Shown here: positions 31,864 through 38,068 of the stretch, in pieces | How positions within the stretch are numbered: the stretch's first letter is position 1 | Layout of the letters: the number at the start of each line of letters is the position of its first letter | Assembly (NCBI RefSeq): GCF_003334385.1 | Contig: NZ_QOWN01000042.1 | Length of the DNA stretch: 38,068 nt | Reading direction: 5' to 3' (one strand) | Source of the DNA: Escherichia coli | GTDB lineage: Bacteria; Pseudomonadota; Gammaproteobacteria; Enterobacterales; Enterobacteriaceae | Position numbers and translations under genes: made by a program | Notes under the pieces: model-generated | Seen by the model: the letters and a program-made list of their open reading frames with translations, nothing else | Databases searched by the model: none | Told to the model about the DNA's origin: nothing

Positions 31864-31885
31864 AAACATAGCCGTTGCTATGTTT
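31864..31885. promoter_or_regulatory. MntR operator: perfect palindrome AAACATAGC-cgtt-GCTATGTTT between the Fur box and the sitA start
   Basis: Matches the MntR box palindrome described for mntH/sitA promoters (from memory). Confidence 0.7.
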
Positions 31886-31917
31886 GTTCTAATTTTGCTC
31901 ACTATAGGTACTAAATT

Positions 31918-32832
31918 ATGTACTCAATAAAAAAAGTAACCATGCTCTTGGGGTGCCTCGCCCTCACCTGCTCGATCGCATTTCAGGCGAGTGCAACTGA
32001 AAAATTCAAGGTCATTACAACATTTACCATCATCGCAGATATGGCCAAAAACGTGGCTGGAGATGCTGCAGAAGTCTCATCCATAACCAAGCCCGGTGCA
32101 GAAATTCATGAGTATCAGCCTACCCCTGGCGATATTAAACGTGCGCAGGGGGCACAACTGATTCTCGCCAATGGTATGAATCTGGAATTGTGGTTCCAAC
32201 GCTTTTACCAGCATCTTAATGGGGTTCCAGAAGTAATTGTCTCTTCGGGTGTGACGCCAGTAGGGATCACTGAAGGCCCCTATGAGGGCAAACCTAACCC
32301 CCATGCCTGGATGTCGCCAGATAATGCTCTGATTTACGTCGATAATATTCGTGATGCGTTGATAAAATACGATCCGGCAAATGCACAAACCTACCAACGT
32401 AATGCCGATACTTATAAAGCCAAGATTACCCAAACCCTTGCCCCCCTGCGTAAGCAGATTGCTGAACTCCCTGAGAATCAGCGATGGATGGTCACCAGTG
32501 AAGGGGCTTTTTCTTATCTCGCACGCGATTTGGGGCTAAAAGAGCTTTATCTGTGGCCGATTAATGCCGATCAACAAGGCACGCCGCAGCAGGTACGTAA
32601 GGTTGTTGATATGGTGAAGAAAAATCATATCCCGGCAGTCTTTAGCGAGAGTACGATTTCCGATAAACCAGCGCGTCAGGTTGCGCGTGAAACCGGCGCG
32701 CACTACGGCGGTGTACTCTATGTCGATTCCCTGAGCACAGAAAACGGCCCGGTACCTACGTATATCGACCTTCTGAAGGTTACTACCAGTACGCTGGTAC
32801 AGGGAATTAAAGCCGGGAAAAGGGAGAAATAA
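31918..32832 (+). CDS. sitA: Periplasmic Mn2+/Fe2+-binding protein of an ABC importer (cluster A-I substrate-binding protein)
   Basis: 304-aa ORF with signal peptide; first of four translationally coupled genes in SBP–ATPase–permease–permease order. Confidence 0.85.
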   Translation: MYSIKKVTMLLGCLALTCSIAFQASATEKFKVITTFTIIADMAKNVAGDAAEVSSITKPGAEIHEYQPTPGDIKRAQGAQLILANGMNLELWFQRFYQHLNGVPEVIVSSGVTPVGITEGPYEGKPNPHAWMSPDNALIYVDNIRDALIKYDPANAQTYQRNADTYKAKITQTLAPLRKQIAELPENQRWMVTSEGAFSYLARDLGLKELYLWPINADQQGTPQQVRKVVDMVKKNHIPAVFSESTISDKPARQVARETGAHYGGVLYVDSLSTENGPVPTYIDLLKVTTSTLVQGIKAGKREK

Positions 32833-33659
32833 TGATGCAATCTGCGGGCATTGTCGTTAATGATGTTACTGTCACCTGGCGTAACGGGCACACAGCACTG
32901 CGCGATGCATCCTTCACAGTACCAAGTGGATCTATTGCCGCTCTGGTTGGGGTAAACGGTTCCGGAAAATCGACGTTGTTTAAAGCGATTATGGGATTTG
33001 TGCGTCTGACCAGCGGAAAGATATCTGTTCTGGGTATTCCCACGCGACAGGCGCTACAGAAAAACCTGGTTGCCTACGTCCCTCAGTCAGAAGAGGTTGA
33101 CTGGTCATTTCCTGTACTAGTGGAAGATGTGGTGATGATGGGCCGCTATGGGCACATGGGTATGTTGCGTATAGCCAAAAAGAGGGATCGTCAGATTGTC
33201 ACCGATGCGCTGGAACGTGTCGATATGGTGGATTTTCGCCATCGACAAATCGGCGAGCTTTCCGGTGGACAAAAGAAACGCGTCTTTCTGGCGAGAGCGA
33301 TTGCACAGCAGGGTGATGTGATCCTGCTGGATGAACCTTTTACCGGCGTTGATGTGAAAACCGAAGCGAAAATCATCAGCCTGTTGAGGGAGTTACGCGC
33401 GGAAGGCAAGACGATGCTTGTCTCAACGCACAATCTCGGCTCAGTCACGACATTTTGCGATTATACGGTCATGGTCAAAGGCACCGTCCTGGCAAGCGGG
33501 CCGACAGACACCACTTTTACAGCCGAGAACCTGGAGCTGGCTTTTAGCGGCGTACTGCGCCATGTCACACTTAACGGCTCGGAAGAAAGCATTATTACTG
33601 ACGATGAACACCCTTTTGTGGCACATCGACCGTCAGCGGTGCAGAGGGAAGCAAGATGA
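32832..33659 (+). CDS. sitB: ABC transporter ATP-binding protein (Walker [10 protein letters not shown], signature LSGGQKKR, Walker B ILLDEP)
   Basis: 275-aa ORF; motifs read directly. Confidence 0.85.
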   Translation: MMQSAGIVVNDVTVTWRNGHTALRDASFTVPSGSIAALVGVNGSGKSTLFKAIMGFVRLTSGKISVLGIPTRQALQKNLVAYVPQSEEVDWSFPVLVEDVVMMGRYGHMGMLRIAKKRDRQIVTDALERVDMVDFRHRQIGELSGGQKKRVFLARAIAQQGDVILLDEPFTGVDVKTEAKIISLLRELRAEGKTMLVSTHNLGSVTTFCDYTVMVKGTVLASGPTDTTFTAENLELAFSGVLRHVTLNGSEESIITDDEHPFVAHRPSAVQREAR

Positions 33660-34513
33660 ACGTGCTACTGGAACCCTTCAGCTATGAATATATGCTCAAT
33701 GCGATGTGGGTCTCGGCGATGGTCGGCGGTCTCTGCGCTTTCCTGTCATGCTATCTGATGCTAAAAGGCTGGTCGCTGATTGGCGATGCGCTGTCGCACT
33801 CTATTGTCCCGGGTGTTGCGGGGGCATATATGCTGGGGCTTCCGTTTTCTCTGGGAGCCTTCTTTTCCGGCGGACTGGCAGCGGGCAGCATGCTGTTTCT
33901 TAACCAACGCACTCGCTTAAAAGAAGATGCCATCATCGGCCTGATCTTCTCCTCCTTTTTTGGCCTGGGGCTGTTTATGGTGTCATTGAACCCGACATCC
34001 GTGAACATTCAGACCATCGTCCTGGGCAATATTCTGGCAATCGATCCGGCGGATATCCTGCAACTCACTATCATTGGCATTCTCTCGATCATCGTGCTTT
34101 TTTTCAAATGGAAAGATCTTATGGTGACCTTTTTCGACGAGAATCACGCCCGTGCTATTGGATTGCATCCGGGCAGATTAAAAATCCTCTTCTTCACCCT
34201 GCTGTCAGTTTCGACCGTTGCGGCGCTGCAAACGGTTGGTGCCTTTCTGGTGATCTGTCTGGTGGTGACTCCCGGTGCAACAGCATGGTTGTTAACCGAT
34301 CGTTTTCCCCGCCTGCTCATAATTGCTGTAACTATTGGCAGTGTAACCAGTTTCCTCGGCGCGTGGGTCAGTTACTTTCTGGACGGCGCGACAGGTGGAA
34401 TCATCGTGGTGGCGCAGACACTGCTGTTTCTTTTAGCATTTGTATTTGCGCCCACCCATGGGCTTTTGGCAAATCGTCGGCGTGCGCATAAAGCGCTGGA
34501 GGATCGCTCATGA
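33656..34513 (+). CDS. sitC: ABC transporter permease (Mn/Fe importer)
   Basis: 285-aa hydrophobic multi-helix ORF; ATGA overlap with sitB. Confidence 0.85.
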   Translation: MNVLLEPFSYEYMLNAMWVSAMVGGLCAFLSCYLMLKGWSLIGDALSHSIVPGVAGAYMLGLPFSLGAFFSGGLAAGSMLFLNQRTRLKEDAIIGLIFSSFFGLGLFMVSLNPTSVNIQTIVLGNILAIDPADILQLTIIGILSIIVLFFKWKDLMVTFFDENHARAIGLHPGRLKILFFTLLSVSTVAALQTVGAFLVICLVVTPGATAWLLTDRFPRLLIIAVTIGSVTSFLGAWVSYFLDGATGGIIVVAQTLLFLLAFVFAPTHGLLANRRRAHKALEDRS

Positions 34514-35367
34514 TGGCATTATTACTGGAGCCACTGCAGTTCACCTTTATGAGTCACGCACTGCTGATTTCACTGGTAGTTTCCATACCCTGTGCGCTGC
34601 TGTCGGTCTTTCTGGTCCTGAAAGGTTGGGCACTGATGGGTGACGCGATGAGTCATGCGGTTTTTCCTGGTATTGTGCTTGCCTGGATTCTGAGGTTACC
34701 TCTGGCTACAGGGGCATTCGTCGCCGGAGTATTCTGCGCGGTGGCGACGGGATACCTGAAAGACAACAGCCGAATCAAGCAAGATACAGTGATGGGGATT
34801 GTTTTTTCTGGCATGTTTGCCGCAGGTCTGATCTTGTATATTGCAGTCAAACCAGACGTACATCTTGACCATATTCTTTTCGGCGACATGCTCGGGGTAA
34901 CCATCGGCGATATAATCCAGACGGTGATTATTGCCGGGCTGGTTACACTTGTTATTAGCGTAAAATGGCGGGATTTTTTGCTGTTCAGCTTTGATTATCA
35001 ACAGGCGCAGGTAAGCGGTTTGCATACGAGATGTCTGCATTATGGGCTGCTGTGCATGGTCTCTCTGACCATTGTGGCGACGCTGAAAGCGGTAGGTATC
35101 ATTCTCTCCATTTCTCTGCTCATTGCGCCTGGCGCCATTGCGGTACTCCTGACACAACGCTTTCATATTGCGCTCCTACTGGCGATTGGCATATCGGTAA
35201 TAGTGTCAATGACTGGTGTCTGGTTGTCCTTTTTTATCGACAGTGCACCAGCTCCGACGATTGTCGTCTTATTCGCGGTTGTGTTCATCATGACGTTCAC
35301 CGTTACCAGCATCAACGCACGCACAAAGGGAAACACCCATACACAGGATTTGTCATCACCCAATTAG
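34510..35367 (+). CDS. sitD: ABC transporter permease (Mn/Fe importer), paralogous to SitC
   Basis: 285-aa hydrophobic ORF; ATGA overlap with sitC. Confidence 0.85.
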   Translation: MMALLLEPLQFTFMSHALLISLVVSIPCALLSVFLVLKGWALMGDAMSHAVFPGIVLAWILRLPLATGAFVAGVFCAVATGYLKDNSRIKQDTVMGIVFSGMFAAGLILYIAVKPDVHLDHILFGDMLGVTIGDIIQTVIIAGLVTLVISVKWRDFLLFSFDYQQAQVSGLHTRCLHYGLLCMVSLTIVATLKAVGIILSISLLIAPGAIAVLLTQRFHIALLLAIGISVIVSMTGVWLSFFIDSAPAPTIVVLFAVVFIMTFTVTSINARTKGNTHTQDLSSPN

Positions 35368-35531
35368 CACAACATCCGAGGACAGCATCGTCCGCTGGCC
35401 CACAGAAGTCCGGAAAGTCATGGAAGGTCGTTGTTGGGAGGAGGTACAAATTCTCTCATGCAAAAAATACGTAAAATCGATAATAGCTGGAAATAATTCA
35501 ATACATGCACTCTCGAAAGTGCATCAGCCAA

Positions 35532-35565
35532 CCGCAGAACGTTATTGCATACAACGTTTCTGCGG
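35532..35565. other. Imperfect inverted repeat (ccgcagaacgtt ... aacgtttctgcgg) in the short sitD–tfa spacer; possible terminator or junction element
   Basis: Read directly; no clear U-tract. Confidence 0.3.
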
Positions 35566-35579
35566 CATAATCCCAATGA

Positions 35580-36164
35580 TTACTCCCTGACAGGGTTCGT
35601 AGGCCACTCAATATCAGGTGCAGTTGATGTATCAACACGGTTCAGCAACACCCGATACTTTTTCCAGGCTTCCAGCAACAAGGTTTCTTCCTCCGTTGCG
35701 ATTTCCAGATCTGCAGCATCCTGAAGCGGCGCAATATGCTCACTGGCTACCTGCATCAGGCTGTTTTTTGTTTCTTCCGCCTCCCGGATCCGGAACAGTT
35801 TTTCTGCTTCTGCATCTTTCACCCAGGCTGTGCCGTTCCACTTCTGAAACTCCCCTTCCGGGGATAACCAGGTAACATTTTCCGGTAACGGACCGAGTTC
35901 AGAAATAAATAACGCGTCGCCGGAAGCCACGTCATAGACGGTTTTTCCCCGATGATCTTCAACGAGATGCCACGATGCCTCATCACTGTTGAAAACAGCC
36001 ACGAAGCCTGCCGGAATATCTGGTGGTGCAATATCGGTACTGTTTGCTGGCAGACCTGTATGAGGCGGAATATATGCATCACCTTCACCAATAAATTCAT
36101 TAGTTCCGGCCAGCAGATTATAAATTTTTATGGTCCGTGCTTGTTCACTCATTCTGAATGCCAT
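35580..36164 (-). CDS. tfa: Phage tail fibre assembly (chaperone) protein, Tfa family (TfaR-like)
   Basis: 194-aa [27 protein letters not shown]..., closely resembling lambdoid Tfa proteins as I recall them; ATG overlaps the stf stop (TAATG). Confidence 0.8.
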   Translation of the reverse strand: MAFRMSEQARTIKIYNLLAGTNEFIGEGDAYIPPHTGLPANSTDIAPPDIPAGFVAVFNSDEASWHLVEDHRGKTVYDVASGDALFISELGPLPENVTWLSPEGEFQKWNGTAWVKDAEAEKLFRIREAEETKNSLMQVASEHIAPLQDAADLEIATEEETLLLEAWKKYRVLLNRVDTSTAPDIEWPTNPVRE

Positions 36165-38068
36165 TATGCGAGCCTCACAATATAGTTAAATGCGATGTTT
36201 TTGACGGTGTTTTCCGCGTTACCAGCAGCGTTAACGGTGATGGTGTGTCCATGTGAACCAATCGCAACAGAGTGCGTATGAGCACCAATACCGACAGTAT
36301 GCGCGTGTGCACCCGCAGATGCTGCTGTGCCGGACAGTGAGTGTGTATGGTTTCCTTCTGAAGATGATTTACCTACCCATTGGGAGGTGCCACTGGTTAA
36401 TGAGCCACTGATACCAACCTGATTAGTCCCGCTAACTTGAGTACTCCCTGCCGGAAACATTCCAGTAGGTTGACTCCCGCTATTCGTTCTGGGCCCAGTC
36501 TGACTATGTTGGTGGGCCCCAGCTGAACTTGTAGAGCCGCTCAGACTGTGCGTATGCGCCCCGGTGTTATTCGTGGATTTAGTGCCGTAATCAAACGACG
36601 ATGTGGTTTTCGTCCCCAAATCCGTACTGGATGCGCTGGCGCTGTGGGTATGCGATTTAATGCCGTCCTGTTCCTGAGACAATACGGCCCGACCACTGGC
36701 AGGTTTGCCCTTAATCGTCCAGCCACGCATATCAGGGATCACGCCTGACGGATAAGCCGCTGCAAGTTTCGGGTATGCAGATTTGTCAAAAGCCTGCCCC
36801 TGCATCAGGGCATAGCCAGACGGAACGGTATCTGATGGCCACGGGATTGGTGCGCCAGGCGGATAAAACTGCTCTGATGGCGTATAGAGTGAATAAACTG
36901 TACCGTCCGTTAACCCTTCCGGCTTATTAGCAGAATATGCTGGTGACGTATGAATCGTCACGCTGGCATTACTGGTATAATCCCATTGAATATTTACACC
37001 AGTCGCATAATTTCCGATTGCAACGTAAATATCGTAAGTATCACCAGATGTATTAACCCAGGCAAAATTTGTAAACCCTGTCAATGTGCGCTGCCATAAA
37101 GCACCAGTAATCCCCTTCGGATTACCATTACCTGCACGCAAAACAAGTTCAGATATACCTGCCTGTTGAGGTGACCCCACGTTAAATCCAGCGCCACCAA
37201 TCAACGTAATTGAAACAACAGAACTCGCCTGTGGCATGGTTACCGTTGCTAATTTGAACCAACCAGCACCACCGCTGAATGACATTGTTGTTGAGTTAAG
37301 CGTACCAATATCTTTCGGCGTCAGTGTTATATCAGCTGAAAGCGCCTTACCATTCACCTTACGGGCAGAAGGTACCCGACCATTCGCATTATCATTAGCT
37401 GCTTTCACTGCTTTCGGTGTCGCGGCAAGCGTTTCAGATGCGCTGTTGGTTGCACTACTGAGCTGGACAATTCCTTTTTGTGTTGTCGTAGCGTCCTGAG
37501 CAGTATATTTCCCGTTAGCAAGGTCATAGGCTGCCTTTACCGACTTTGGCGTTGCCGCCAGCATTTCAGATGTGCTGTTGGTCGCGTTGCTAAGCTGAAC
37601 TATCCCTTTCTGTGCTGTCGTTGCATCCTGTGCGGTGTATTTCCCGTTAGCCAGCTCATACGCGGCCTTAACGGCTTTTGGCGTTGCCGCCAGTGACTCG
37701 GAAGTGCTGTTAGTCGCACTGCTGAGCTGTACTATCCCCTTTTTCGTCGTGCTCGCATCCTCAAGCGCCACGGAGGATGCAATATCCTCTGCCCATTTTG
37801 CCGCTGTCTCAGCGCGCGTTGCTGCAGATTCCGCCGTACTTTTGCTCTGAGCTGCTGCCGTCGCACTGCCAGCAGCCTCTGTCGCCTTCGTGGATGCCGT
37901 CGTGGCGCTACCCTTCGCTGCTGACGCCTGTCTGGTCGCCTCATCTTTTGAAGCAGACGCAGATGATGCCGATGACGACGCCGAACTGGCTGACGATGCG
38001 GCAGCCGTTTTTGAGGATTCTGCGCTGGTTTCCGACGCTTTCGCGTTCGTTTCGGATGTCTTCGCTGC
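36164..38068 (-). CDS. stf: Phage side tail fibre protein (StfR-like), C-terminal ~635 codons; 5' end lies beyond the window
   Basis: Listed ORF 36164..37771 starts at a GTG; the frame stays open to the window edge (…[25 protein letters not shown]… Ala/Ser/Thr-rich repeats). C-terminal part is Gly/Ser/Thr-rich with multiple His-x-His motifs. Confidence 0.8.
   Translation of the reverse strand, partial: AAKTSETNAKASETSAESSKTAAASSASSASSSASSASASKDEATRQASAAKGSATTASTKATEAAGSATAAAQSKSTAESAATRAETAAKWAEDIASSVALEDASTTKKGIVQLSSATNSTSESLAATPKAVKAAYELANGKYTAQDATTAQKGIVQLSNATNSTSEMLAATPKSVKAAYDLANGKYTAQDATTTQKGIVQLSSATNSASETLAATPKAVKAANDNANGRVPSARKVNGKALSADITLTPKDIGTLNSTTMSFSGGAGWFKLATVTMPQASSVVSITLIGGAGFNVGSPQQAGISELVLRAGNGNPKGITGALWQRTLTGFTNFAWVNTSGDTYDIYVAIGNYATGVNIQWDYTSNASVTIHTSPAYSANKPEGLTDGTVYSLYTPSEQFYPPGAPIPWPSDTVPSGYALMQGQAFDKSAYPKLAAAYPSGVIPDMRGWTIKGKPASGRAVLSQEQDGIKSHTHSASASSTDLGTKTTSSFDYGTKSTNNTGAHTHSLSGSTSSAGAHQHSQTGPRTNSGSQPTGMFPAGSTQVSGTNQVGISGSLTSGTSQWVGKSSSEGNHTHSLSGTAASAGAHAHTVGIGAHTHSVAIGSHGHTITVNAAGNAENTVKNIAFNYIVRLA
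37400..37771 (-). repeat. Three tandem ~123-bp (41-aa) repeats inside stf (…[44 protein letters not shown]…)
   Basis: Repeats visible in the translation and nucleotide sequence with period ~123 nt. Confidence 0.7.

Noticed and set aside
37732-37944. 70-aa extremely Arg-rich ORF on the minus strand
   Set aside because: It is an alternative frame of the GC- and Ala-codon-rich tail-fibre repeat region; the stf frame is open and makes biological sense, this one does not.

Overview
The window reads as an Escherichia coli chromosomal segment, in reverse orientation relative to the usual K-12 map, running from the 5' end of the ydbA autotransporter gene through the full paa phenylacetate-catabolism cluster to a prophage tail-fibre module. 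Gene order is ydbA' – paaYX / paaKJIHGFEDCBA (minus strand) – paaZ – tynA – feaB – feaR – ydbL-ynbE-ydbH – ldhA – hslJ – ydbJ – ydbK(pfo) – micC sRNA – ompN – uspF – sitABCD – tfa/stf. All identifications rest on reading the six-frame translations, conserved motifs, gene lengths and gene order from memory; no database search was run. Most of the window is ordinary core genome. The points most worth a second look are: (1) paaE carries an in-frame amber (TAG) codon at codon 159, which splits an otherwise intact 356-codon gene; (2) a sitABCD Mn/Fe ABC-importer operon with clear Fur and MntR boxes lies between uspF and the prophage tail genes, where K-12 has pinR/ynaE as I recall; (3) the prophage is represented here only by tfa and a repeat-rich, His-x-His-containing tail-fibre gene that runs off the window edge. 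I did not find a convincing novel multi-gene system (no CRISPR array, no obvious defence or toxin–antitoxin cassette, no IS element).
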